From NCBI GenBank assembly GCA_951406725.2, contig OX597814.1:192572001-192636000 (forward strand): a DNA stretch of 64,000 bases. Direction: 5' to 3'. The translations under genes were made by a program, and so were the position numbers. The notes under the pieces were generated by a model. That model was not told where the DNA came from. It saw only the letters and a list, made by a program, of their open reading frames with translations, and searched no databases. Every line of letters begins with the position of its first letter. The first letter of the stretch is position 1. Shown in pieces: positions 25,254 to 37,247 of the stretch. This DNA is from Octopus vulgaris. Its lineage: Eukaryota.

Positions 25254-25710
25254 ATGGCTCCTGAGAAAATTCATAGTGAATGTACTAAGTGTCATGCTAT
25301 AATACTGGAAGATAAACTGGCTGTGAAAAAGGTGGAAACTGTATCGATGATTGTACATAATAAGGACAAAATCTTAGCACATATCAAATCTGAAGCCCCA
25401 AGGATGAAGAACACTGTCATCAATAAGGAAGGAATCAAAATCATTGAAGAAATGGAAAGTCTTCTTTCTCTTTGGATTGTTAGGTTGAATCGTCAGGGTG
25501 TTACTATTAATCAATAAATCATTCAAGTGAAAGCGTTGTCTTTGTTTGAGGACCTGAAGGAAAAATATCCAGATGAGAAAGATGTAGAGTTCAAGGCAAG
25601 TCAAGGATGGTCAAGTGAAGAAGTTATCACTCCATTAAGAAGCAAAGTGAAAGTGCATCAGCTGATGAACAAGTGGCAGTGGAATTTTCTACAGCATTAA
25701 AGAAGATCAT
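25254..25710 (+). pseudogene. Tigger/pogo (CENP-B HTH) transposase fragment
   Basis: EEMESLLSLWI...IIQVKALSLFEDLK...EFKASQGW motif with an in-frame stop. Confidence 0.8.
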
Positions 25711-26891
25711 GCTGTGTTGGTGGCCTGACTGGCTCTTATGCCAGTGGCATGTAAAAAGCACCCTCTACACTCTGAGTGGTTGGCATTAGGAAGGGCATCC
25801 AGCTGTAGAAACCTTGCCAAAGCTGATTGGAACCTGATGCAGCCTTCTGGCTTGCAAGTTGACAGTCAAACTATCCAACCCATGCCAGCATGGAAAGCGG
25901 ACGTTAAACAACGATGATGATGATATATACTCATACATACACATGCCTATTTATATACATCTATGCATGTGCATATGCGTGTGTGAGTGTATGAATGTGT
26001 GCACACGAACGTATGTTTGTTTACACTTTTAACACTGATGAAATCATTTTATTGTATGTAATATATATGCCTATTTGTGTGTATGTGTGTGTGCATGGGT
26101 GCGTGTGTGTGTGAAATTGATAAATATAATTTACAGTAAAAATTTCATTTCATTAAAATACTGGGGAATTCAGAGCTCACTACAGTTTGCCTGTAGTTAG
26201 CCACTTCTGACCATCACTCACAGCCATTTATTGTTTTACCCTTTTTTCCCTAGGGTCTTCAGAGCAAATCCTTTAAATTTTTGGCTACCTACTTTAGGAT
26301 CTATCACTACCACCCACTGCCAATTCATCTGTTATTTTACCCTTCTTTGCCTAGTGTGACTGACAGATACACACACTAAGCATTCTATTATTATAGATAA
26401 AGGCGGCGAGCTTGGCAGAAACATTAGTATGCTGGGCAAAATGCTTAGCAGTACTTCGTTTGTCTTTACATTCTGAGTTCAAATTCCACCGAGGTCAACT
26501 TGGCCTTTCATCCTTTCAAGATCAATAAATAAAGTACCAGTTGCATACTGGGGTCAATCTAATCGACTGGCCCCATCCCCCCAAAATTTCGGGCCTTGTA
26601 CCTAGAGTGGAAAAGATTATTATAGATAAATGTATTAAGCTTACATTGAATTGTACGTCATATATTTCACAATATTTCACAATAACCATGTCCAAACCTC
26701 TGCTATAGGCTTCAACTTTGACCCAATTTTGAATTGTTTTGATTCTCAAATTTGAGCCAGTTTCACCTAATTCACCTGATTCCCTTGTTTGTTGTATTAT
26801 TTCTTATTAGAAATATTGTAATTATTTTATGAGCTAATTTCATTTAGCATGAATTTTTCTTTATATTGGATCATATTATTTTCTACTTCAG

Positions 26892-27031
26892 AGGTAACAG
26901 GATATATGTACACAATTCAAGATCTATAGCTTTTGGTGGTCTCCTACTTGGCCAAGCTGCAAATGCTGCATGTCAGACTATACCACAGAATCTCTACATC
27001 AACAGTCTTCACAATTATTTTATCAACGCAG
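26892..27031 (+). CDS. ACOT8: ACOT8 exon 2
   Basis: ttcag| acceptor; (R)GNRIYVHNSRSIAFGGLLLGQAANAACQTIPQNLYINSLHNYFINA(G), with the FGG..GQA and SLH.YF...G TesB motifs; donor G|gtaagt. Confidence 0.93.
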
Positions 27032-27699
27032 GTAAGTTAATGGTTTTTAAAACCAGTATTGGTTGTTTTCATTTCATGGAGTTGGTTTTATTTTGATTTG
27101 TTTTTAGTTACCACCATCATCTTCATCATCATCATTTAACGTCCTCTTTCCATGCTAGCATGTGTTGGACGATTTGACTGAGGTCTGGCGAACCAGATGG
27201 CTGCACCAGGCTCCAGTCTTGATCTGACAGTTTCTACAGCTTGATGCCCTTCCTAATGCCAACCACTCCGAGAGTGTAGTGGGTGCTTTTACATGCCACC
27301 GACACAAGGGCCAGTCAGGCAGTACTGGCAACAGTCATGCTCAAATGGTGCTTTTTATGTGCCACCTGCACAGGAGCCAGTCTAGCGGCACTGGCAATGA
27401 CAAGCTTAAGTTATTTAATTAGTGACAAAGATAACAACAAAACAAATGTGAATTTTTCTTGTCTGTTGGGAGTCACAGAAAGAGAAGCAATTTGACTCCC
27501 AGACTCACTGTGGTTGTTGATCAGTTTGAGCTTCTGTAGTAAAACATACAAAAGGGAAAATGTAGGAATTCTAGTGGATTGCATTTTTAAGAAGAATTGG
27601 GTAAAACATTTTGTGCAGGATCTGAAAGTGGTACATAAACAAGGGCGATAAGATGTGAATAGACACTTTACTCTCAACTGTCAGAATTGAGAAAGAATT

Positions 27700-28165
27700 T
27701 CAAGCGTCCACTGGCTTCCGTGCCGGTGGCACGTAAAATACTCCAATTCGACCGTACGACAGGCACCCATGCCAAACCCCATTGCTTGTGAAGACATGTT
27801 GGGGCAAGCGAAATCGAAATCGAATTGAACCAGCCAGGATCCCTGGTCTGGTGGTACGTAAAAAGCACTATCCAACTCGTGGCCGATGCCAGCACCGCCT
27901 CGACTGGCTTCCGTGCCGGTGGCACATAAAATACACCAATCCGACCATGGCCGTTGCCAGCCTCGCCTGGCTCCTGTGCAGGTGGCACGTAAAAAGCACC
28001 CACTACACTCACAGAGTGGTTGGCGTTAGGAAGGGCATCCAGCTGTAGAAACATTGCCAGATAAGACTGGAGCCTGGTGCAGCCTTCTGGCTTCCCAGAT
28101 CCCCGGTCAAACCGTCCAACCCATGCTAGCATGGAGAATAGACGTTAAACGATGATGATGATGAT
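27700..28165 (+). mobile_element. LINE-derived/SINE 3' element with (GAT)n tail (family D, many copies, e.g. 18040-18260, 27125-27400, 28455-28808, 31215-31588, 34975-35458)
   Basis: Conserved gtggttggcgttaggaagggcatccagctgtagaaac...catggaaagcggacgttaaacgatgatgat, and internal ~60-bp subrepeats gtgccggtggcacgtaaaa. Confidence 0.85.
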
Positions 28166-29797
28166 TTTGGTCACCAAGAATTAGACTTTCAATAGCTGAG
28201 TGTGCTGACATCTGTCATTCTTGCTATTGGAAATATAATGAACCAGAGGTTTGACCCATTAGAAACATGTAAACAACGATGCCATCATCTGGCCTGCTGC
28301 TTTTCCGTATCGCCTGTTCCCTGACCTCCTGCATACTATGTCATATCTTTATTGATTTCAACTAGTTTTCTTAAAACAAGCACCTGTTATGTTGACATTC
28401 ATCATTTTATACTCGTTCTGTATAATCAGTCTATAATTATTAGTGCACTTATAAAGCACCATTCAAGCGTGTGATCATTTTCAGCAACGCTTTACTGGCA
28501 CGGGAAAAACATTTGAGCAATGTCATTGCCAGTGCCGCTGGACTGGCTCCTGTGCAGGTGGCACGTAAAAAACACCACTTGAGCGTGGCCGTTGCCAGTA
28601 CCGCTTGATTGGTTCTCATGCCGGTGGCACGTAAAAGCACTCACTACACTCTCGGAGTGGTTGGCATTAGGAAGGGCATTCAGCTGTAGAAACTCTGCCG
28701 GATCAGATTGGAGCCTGGTGCAGCCATCTGGTTCGCCAGTCCTCAGTCAAATCGTCCAACCCATGCTAGCATGGAAAGCGGACGTTAAATGATGATGATG
28801 ATGATGATTAATATGTGTATATATGTTTAATCAATCACTCATTTAAAGTCCGTCTTTCAATGCTAGCATCAGTTGGGAAGGGAAATATTTGAGGCAAGAT
28901 TTTACAACTGGATACTCTTCCTCTTACCAACCCTTATCTGTTTTAAGGGACTCTTTATTCCATAGATCTTTGTCTGTCATCTTGTACATACAAGCACAGA
29001 AAAACATGTCAAATGCCACCATCATCTCAGCTTTCCACAAGTAGTGCCAAACATGAACTGTAAATATTTTCACACAAACACATACATATATTCCTAGAAC
29101 TGCTCCATGCAGTTTCCATCGACCAAATTTACTCACAAGGCATTGGTCAGCTTGGTATATACTAGAAGGTACTTACCTAAGGTGGTGCTGTGCTGTGGGA
29201 CTGAACCCAAAGCCATATGTCTACAATGGGAGTTATATTTCTAATTCAAAGGGCAAGCTTTGTCACATTCTGAGACACACTGAATCCCCTGTGAACTACA
29301 TTAACAATATACATGTCTGTGGAATACTCAGCCACTTGCGCATTAATTTCATGAGCAGGCTGTTCCATTGATCGGATCAAATGGAAGACTTATCATTGTA
29401 AGCAACAAGCTACCAGGTTTTTAACCTTATCAGTGAGTTGTAATGAAATAGGCATTGCTAGCAGTCTTCAGAATAAACTTTGTTTTAATAGAGAACATTG
29501 GTCAGTTTTATGAAAATGCCGAAATACATTTATTTAACTGAAAAGGTCCCATTTGTCTTTACATTAATAATTTTCCAATTTTATCCCTCTCCTAAAAATC
29601 GTAAGCTCCATAGCTGTAAATTTGGCTGCAATCAATAACTTTGAGCTACATTGGTTCTGCCAGTCTGATTTTTCTTGTATTATGGTAAGACTGAATTCAT
29701 GAACAGAGTACCAGTGATCTGCTGGGTTACAAAAAAGTACTTCTACAGCTTATTCACTTCATTTTAACTTATCTAAATGATAAATTTCTGATATTGT

Positions 29798-30684
29798 TTA
29801 ACCCTTTCGTTACTGTATTTCTGTTGAGATGCTCTGTGTTTCTTTCAATTATTTTAAATATAACAAAGAATTTAGTAAAATAACTTAGTTATCATTAACC
29901 TTTTAATGTTTAGATTACTCTGTTAAATGTAATGTTTTTTTACTCAAATTGTTTTGAATTAATCATGCATTATCTTATAGCTTTGAGGTTTCAATGATGT
30001 TATTGTTTATTTTTAGAATGTCTATGTAGGTTAGGTGTGAGAGGCTAGATATTGCCAGTTTGAATATAAAACATGTAGAATATTTGGGCCAGATATGGCC
30101 GGTTTAAACACTAAAGGGTTAAAGCTAGTGTTAGGAACATAAATTGTGACTAAGGTTTGGTGGAAAATTTTAACTCAAAACTTATGAAAACAAGACATTT
30201 GTACTCAGAGCCAGAGCCAGTTTCAGCCGGGTTGGTATCAAAAGGGTTAAACCAGCCATATCCGTCCTAAATATTCTACTTTGTTTTATGTTCAAACCAA
30301 CCAGATCTGACCTTTCATACCTTCTCTACAATGCCATTTTAAAAATTAAAAAATACGATCAAAATCTCAAGGCTGCAAGATAATTGCATGATTAATTGTA
30401 AACCATGTGAATAAATAAGCATAATATTTGACAGGATATCTTGAATGCTTAACCCTCTCATTACCAACCTGGCTGAAACCGGCTCTGGCTCTGAGTACAA
30501 ATGTTTTGTTTTTATAAGTTTTGAATTAAAATCTTCCACCAAACCTTAGTCACAATTTATGTTCCTAACACTAGCTTAATGATAACTAAGTTATTTTACT
30601 AAATTCTTTGTTATATTTGAAGTAATTGAAAGAAACACAGAGCATCTCAAAATAAATACAGTAACGAAGGGGTTTAAGGGTTAA
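29798..30684. mobile_element. Nested cluster of two TTAA-targeting (piggyBac-like) MITE families
   Basis: Termini TTAA|CCCTTTCGTTAC...GTAACGAAAGGG|TTAA and TTAA|CC(C)TT.AGCATT...; also at 1534-1760, 23218-23417, 48628-49322 and 61560-61998. Confidence 0.7.
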
Positions 30685-30722
30685 ACATGCTCAAGTTAGT
30701 TTCAATTGTTATTTCCTACCAG

Positions 30723-30945
30723 GACAGCGAGAACCACTAACTCTCCAGGTTACTAATGAGCGTGAAGGTAAATCCTACTGTAACAAAACTGTCTGTGCCA
30801 CTCAGAATGAGAAAACTGTAATAAAAATGCAAATTGCATTCAAAACCAATGAAGCTGGCAGTATTGAACACCAATGGAAAATGCCAGAGTGTCTTCTGCC
30901 TGAAGAACTTCTTCCTATAAATAAAATTTTTGAAGACAAAATAAG
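30723..30945 (+). CDS. ACOT8: ACOT8 exon 3
   Basis: taccag| acceptor; (G)QREPLTLQVTNEREGKSYCNKTVCATQNEKTVIKMQIAFKTNEAGSIEHQWKMPECLLPEEL..., matching R.G.S....V.A.Q and HQ..MP....PE.L; donor AG|gtttga; phases consistent. Confidence 0.9.
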
Positions 30946-32525
30946 GTTTGATATACCACTTTTTTCTCTCTCGCTTAAATTAAATTTTGATGGTTTTCAT
31001 GTGATGTGGGATAGGTATAGACCAGAGGCTCTCAACCTGGGTTCATATGACCCTTGGGGGTCCACATAAGGTTTTGTTGTTAAAATTTATGTGCAGTAGA
31101 TTTTTTTAATGATTTTTTTTAATATTCTGTTGTGTCTGGGGAGAGTCATTTTCTTTTTGTGCCTTATAATTCAACATACACACTAATAAAATTTCCACTT
31201 ATTTCTTATTTGCTAGTAGGGCGTTAAGAGCACCATCCGAGCGTGATCGTCGCCAGAGCAGCTATCTGTCCTCTATGCTGGTGGCACATAAAAGACACCA
31301 TTCAAGCGTGATCGTTACCAGTATCGCCTCACTGGCACCTGTGCCGGTGGCATGTGTAAAAGATTCAAGCGAGGTCTTTGCCAGTACCACCTGACTGGTC
31401 CTGTGCCAGTGGCACGTAAAAGCACCCACTACACTCTCGGAGTGGTTGGCGTTAGGAAGGGCATCCAGCTGTAGAAACTCTGCCAGATCAAGATTGGAGC
31501 CTGATGCAGCCATCTGGTTTGCCTGTCCTCAGTCAAATTGTCCAACCCATGCTAGCATGGAAAGCGGATGTTAAACGATGATGATGATTTTCCTAAAATT
31601 TTCATTGCATCTTGCAACCTTTTCAATAGTCGAGTTCTTAATAATATTTACTTATAAAAATATAATAAAACTTTTTCAAACATTGGATATCTATGACAGT
31701 CCAGAGGTAAAAAAATGGTTGAGAACCATTGTTTTGGAACATCAGTTTTAGAGAGCAAAAAATATGCACTTTATTCAGTGTCAGTAAAAAAAGAATGTTC
31801 GTAATATTTCTTTCTACTATTGGTGCAAGACCTGAAATTTTTTGGGGGCGAACAAGATAGTTGATTACAGCAACCCCAGTACTCAGCTGATGCTTATTTT
31901 ATCAACCCCAAAAGGATGAAAAGCAAAGTTGACCTCAGAATGTAATGCTGGTAAGCATTTTGTCTGGCATGCTAATGATTCTGCCAGCTCAACACTTTAA
32001 GAATGTTCATAATAGTGGTTTCAAATTTTGGCACAAGTAATGAAAGGGTTAATTAACTTTATACTGTGTTTAATCTTATTATAATTAAGGTAGCAAGATG
32101 CTGAGTGGCATTTTGTCTTTTTGAGTTCAAATTCCACTGGGGTCGACTTTGCCTTTTCATCCTTTTGAGGTCAATAAAAAAAAAGTACCAGTTGAGCACT
32201 GGGATCATTGTCATTGGCTTACCCTGAAATTGCTGGCCTTGTACCAAAATTTGAAATCAGTATTAAACAAACTTCTTAAAATGTCTTTATTATTTTTAAT
32301 GGCCTACCATAACCCTTTGAGTCCTGACCACCTGAACCTAATTTGACCATATACCTGGTTCCCGGGTGCACTCCACCGGTAGAACAGTGCTACAGTATTG
32401 AGAAAAATTAGCCATTTAACAGTAAACTGGTATTACGGGCTCAAAGGGTTAATATTGCTATTGTTAAGAAATCATATTTAAAATATTTTTAAAGATGTTT
32501 TTCTCTCTCAAATCTGCTACTGAAG

Positions 32526-32668
32526 GGAAGAAAAGTATAAACATTTGAAAAGCCGTCTTCCGATAGATCCTACGGTTGAATTTCGACCAGTGGATCCTGA
32601 AGAAATGTTGAGAGTTAAAACCTTACCACCTAAAAGACTAACCTGGGTGAAACAATTAGACGATATGA
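32526..32668 (+). CDS. ACOT8: ACOT8 exon 4
   Basis: Pyrimidine tract plus gaag| acceptor (weak AAG); (R)EEKYKHLKSRLPIDPTVEFRPVDPEEMLRVKTLPPKRLTWVKQLDDM, with E.RPV.P and W.K motifs; donor A|gtaagt. Confidence 0.85.
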
Positions 32669-35473
32669 GTAAGTTTAACCTTGTTTTATATTCTATGAAC
32701 ACAAACAAGAAAATATTTGAAATTAAAAAAAAAAAGCACTTATAGCCACTCTTTAAGCATTTGTCTTTGTTTTATCTTGTTTCAGTCATTAGACTACGGC
32801 CATGCTGGGACACTGCCTTGACTTTTTATTGAACAAACCAACCCCATTACTTACATTTTTTTTTTAAGCTTGATACTTATTCTATCAGTTTCTTTAGCCT
32901 AGCTGCTAATTTACAGGGGTGTAAACACACCAACAGTGGTTATGGAGGACAAAAAACAAAAACACACATATATAAACTTACTTGGAAATGGATGCATCGC
33001 ATTCATACATGTATATATGGGTACAGGACATCACCAACGGTACAAGACCCAATGAACGTCCAACCATGCTAGCATGGAAAACGGACGCTAAATGATGATG
33101 ATATGGGTCACATCATGAAATATGTAAACAACTGAGTTAATCACATAAACAAGAAAAAAATGGAAAACAGGACAAGTAAACACAGAAAGGGCCCTTCATT
33201 AGTTGTCAGACTGTTTATCTACTCCTCATTTCAAACATTATATATATATTCAAAAATTTAGAGGACTATGGTACCACTAAAACTAGTGGGCAGCCTATAT
33301 TCTATAGGCATATGGGCTGTCCACTTTTAGTGGTCAGTCCTCTAAATTTGTATGTAACACAATTTTTAATTTTCGGATTTTTTAAAATATGCTAAGCCAC
33401 TGGTTTTAATTGATTAATATCAATTTCTACCCTTATTTAATTTTAGGAAGGGCATCCAGCTGTAGAAACACTGCCAGATCTGACTGGGCCTGATGAAGCC
33501 TTCCGGGTTCACAGACCCCAGATGAACCGTCCAACCCATGCTAGCATGGAAAACGGACGCTAAATGATGATGATGATAATGATATATGTATATATATATG
33601 AAAGGCTTCTCTCAGTTTTTGTCTGCTAAGTCCACTGAGAAGGCTTTGGTTGGTCTGAGGCTATAGCAGAAGACATTTGCCAAGGTGCCATGCTGTGGGA
33701 CTGAACCCAGAATCATGGGCTTAATTTCTTCAGGGTTGAATATACTATTTAGGTAAGAAGAACCAACATAAATATCTGTTGAATTTAGCGGCAAGAGTTG
33801 GCAGTTCTCTTGCACTGTGCATAGGAGGGTTGAGACTGTAACAAAAGCAAGGTTCTCCAAACTTGTAAAGTTATACCCATGCACAGGCAAGGTGGTGAGA
33901 AATTTTATTTCTCACCCACATGGTTCCAGGTTCAACTCCATAGCATGGCACCTTGAGTGTCTTCTACTAGAGCCCCAAACCAAAACTTGAGAGTGGATTT
34001 GCTTGACAGAAGCTGAAAGGAGCTCATCATATAAATGCCACCAAAGGCATGTAAAAAGTACCATTTAAGCGTGGCTGATGCTAGTGCTGCCTGACTGGTA
34101 CCTGTGCTGGCAGTACGTAAAAAGTACCATTCGAGTGTGGCCAATGCCAGTGCCACCTGATTGGCTCCCATGCTCGTTGCCCTTCTCAAGCCTAGCCAAG
34201 CTCATGGGCCCAGTTTCCCGGTTTCTGTGGCGCATGTGTTCCCCTCAGCTGGACGGGACGCCAGTCCATCGCAGCATTACTCAAGAAACAGGAAAAGAGA
34301 GTGAGAGAAAGTTGTGGCAAAAAAGTACAACAGGGGTCACCACCACCCCTGCCGGAGCCTCGTGGAGCTTTTAGGTGTTTTCGCTCAATAAACACACACA
34401 ACGCCCGGTCTGGGAATCAAAACTACGATCCTCCAACCGCAAGTCCACTGCCCTAACCACTGGGCCATTGCACCTCCACGACTCCCATGCTGGTGGCACA
34501 TAAAAAGCACCCACTACACTCAGAGCAGTTGGTGTTAGGAAGGGCATCCAGCTGTAGAAACCTTGCTGGATCAGATTGGAGCCTGGTGCAGCCTCCTGTC
34601 TTGTCAGTAAACTCAAACCATCCAACCCATACCAGCATGGAAAGCAGACATTAAACGATGATGATAATGACAGTTTGTCTATTTGTGTCCTCTCCCACCA
34701 TGTAACAACTGGTGTTGGTTTATTTACATCCCTACAATACAGTAGTTCAGCAAAAGTAAAAGAAATCAATGCAAAGTAGCAAACTTTAGTACTAGGGTCA
34801 ATTTCTTAGCTTAAAACCCTTCAAGGCAGTGCCCCAGCATGGCTACAGTCCAATGACTGAAACAAGTAAAAGATAAGACTTGAAAGATATTTAAAGGCAA
34901 ACATGTAGCAATTATTTTATTATTCCGATATAATAACAAAATTGACTAATATTTACTATCACAAGTTTTTGTTTGTGTGCTGGTGGCATGTAAAAAGCAC
35001 CATTAGAACGTGGCCGATGTCAGTGCTATCCGACTGGCTCCCATGCTGATGGCATGTAAAAAGCACCTACTTCACTCTTGATGTGGTTGGCATTATGAGA
35101 GGCATCCAGCTGTAGAAACCTTGCCTTATCAGATTGGAGCCAGGTGCAGCCTCCTGGCTTGTCAGTTCTCAGTCAAACCGTCCAACCCATGCCAGCATGG
35201 AAAGCGGACGTTAAACATGATGATAATAATGATGTATTCTATGTTCTAGACTGGCTCCCATGCTGGTGGTTTGTAAAAAGCACCTACTTCACTCTCAAAG
35301 TGGTTGGCGTTATGAAGGGCATCCAGCTGTAGAAACCTTGCCATATCAGACTGGAGCCTGGTGCAGCCTCCTGGCTTGTCAGTTCTCAGTCAAACCGTCC
35401 AACCCATGCCAGCATGGAAAGCGGATGTTAAACATTATGATAATGATAATGATGATGTGTTCTTATGTTCTAG

Positions 35474-35668
35474 GTGAATTGAATCAAAATTGGCACCGGT
35501 GTGTTCTTCTATACATGTCTGATTACATCCTTCTCTCAACTTCGCTCCTACCAAACAAAGATCCACTTATGAAAACCTTTGTAGTTTCATTGGATCACTC
35601 AGTATGGTTTCACAATGATATTAATGTTAATGAATGGTTGCTTTATGATACAGAAAGTTCTTATGCAG
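35474..35668 (+). CDS. ACOT8: ACOT8 exon 5 (catalytic Asp and Ser)
   Basis: ttctag| acceptor; (S)ELNQNWHRCVLLYMSDYILLSTSLLP...VSLDHSVWFHNDINVNEWLLYDTESSYA(G), with the Y.SD, SLDH..WFH and EWLLY TesB signatures; donor G|gtaagt. Confidence 0.95.
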
Positions 35669-35760
35669 GTAAGTACAAAGTATTTTCCTTTCTTTCTTTC
35701 TTTCTTTTTTATGACAGCAAGCTGGCAGAATTGTTAGTATGCTAGGCATTTCATTTCTTG

Positions 35761-36161
35761 TCTCTTTTCGGTTTGACCGGCAGTTTTTTAAAATAATTTC
35801 CACGTAACTAAACACTTTTAAACTTCGTATACTGGTAGAATGTGTTTATTAAACATCTTTTTCTCTTGGCTTTATTGAGAAAATTCTATAGTTTGTAAGA
35901 TATTTGTTGTTTTTTTTTCTTCAATTTCAACCAATCAATGACGTCTATTGAGGTGAAAACATTTTTTGCCGTATGAATATGTCCCTTATTTAAGAAACAG
36001 ATTGGGTTTATTTACATTTCTGAAGAAAAAAAGATGCCCTTCCTCCCACCCCTAACCATAAAACAGATTGAAATGCAATAGATCGATACTAGGGTCATAA
36101 TTATGGGTGACAATTTCATATGACACCACTAGAAAAACGGCCGTTCAAACCGAAAAGATCC
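35761..36161. mobile_element. MITE with TIR (GGA)TCTTTTCGGTTTGA.CGGC inserted in a SINE
   Basis: tcttttcggtttgaccggcagtttt and aaaaacggccgttcaaaccgaaaagatcc; SINE-B halves on both sides. Confidence 0.7.
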
Positions 36162-37137
36162 CATTTGTCTTTACATTCCGAGTTCAAATTCTGCCGAGGT
36201 CGACTGTACGTTTCATCCTTTTGGTGGGGTTGATAATATAAGCACCAGTTGAGCTTTGGAACTAATATAACTGACTTAACCCATCCCCGAAATTGCAGGC
36301 ATTGTGCCAAAATTTGAAATCGATATTTTTGTTCCTTTTACATCACCATAGGCAGTTATGGCTGTGTGGTTAGGAATCCCACTTCAGTCACATGATTTTG
36401 GGTTCAGTCTTACTGTATGGCCCTTGGGCAAGTGTCTTCCTACAACAATGCCCCAGACTGACAGATACTTTGTAAGCAGACTTGGTAGATGGAAACCAAA
36501 AGGTTGCGAGCTGGCAGAAACGTTAGCACACCGGGCAAAATTATTAGCGGTATTTTGTCTACAGTTACGTCCTAAGTTCAAATTCTGCCGAGGTCGACTT
36601 TGCCTTTCATCCTTTCTGGGTCGATAAATTAAGTACCAGTTACGCACTGGGGTCGATGTATTTGACTTAACTCCTTTGCCTGTCCCCTCTATGCTTAGCC
36701 CCTTGTGGGCAATAAAGAAATAGGAAACCAAAAGAAAAATTTTGTATGTATGAGTCTGTGTGTCTGCCACCATCATTTGACAACTGGTGTTAGTTCATTG
36801 ATGTCCTCATAACTTGGCAGTTCAGCGAAAGGTGTCACTTGAATAAGTCCTGGGGTGAACTTGTTCAACCAAACCTGTCAAAGTGGTGCTTCAGCACAGG
36901 CACAATCCAACAAGTGAAATATAAGTTTAAAAATCCCTAGATAAATTAGCCTCCATTTACAACTGGTACCTAAATCTATCAAACATGGTAACATTTTAAT
37001 TCCACAGATAATAAATGCTCTAAGACAGTTTTAGCCAAACATGCTGCATTTTTCTTAACTCATCATTACATTTTATTTTTCTGGGATGCATTTAAAAGAT
37101 TTATTACCAACGTTCTTTCTTTCTTAAATGTTGACAG

Positions 37138-37247
37138 GTAATGGACAGAGTTTCAATAATGGACGCTTCTGGTCTAAAGATGGCACTTTGCTTGCAACAG
37201 TTTCTCAGTCTGGCATAGTCAGACAACTGAAGGAGGCATCTCTATAA
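37138..37247 (+). CDS. ACOT8: ACOT8 exon 6 (terminal)
   Basis: gacag| acceptor; (G)NGQSFNNGRFWSKDGTLLATVSQSGIVRQLKEASL* with TAA at 37245-37247. The six exons sum to 1059 nt = 352 aa plus stop. Confidence 0.92.

Noticed and set aside
33180-33240. Possible hammerhead (ctaatgaaggg on the minus strand)
   Set aside because: The core is mutated and no downstream GAAA/helix III arrangement could be traced.
35260-35745. 161-aa ORF as a standalone gene
   Set aside because: Only 35474-35668 is coding (ACOT8 exon 5); the rest is repeat and intron read-through.
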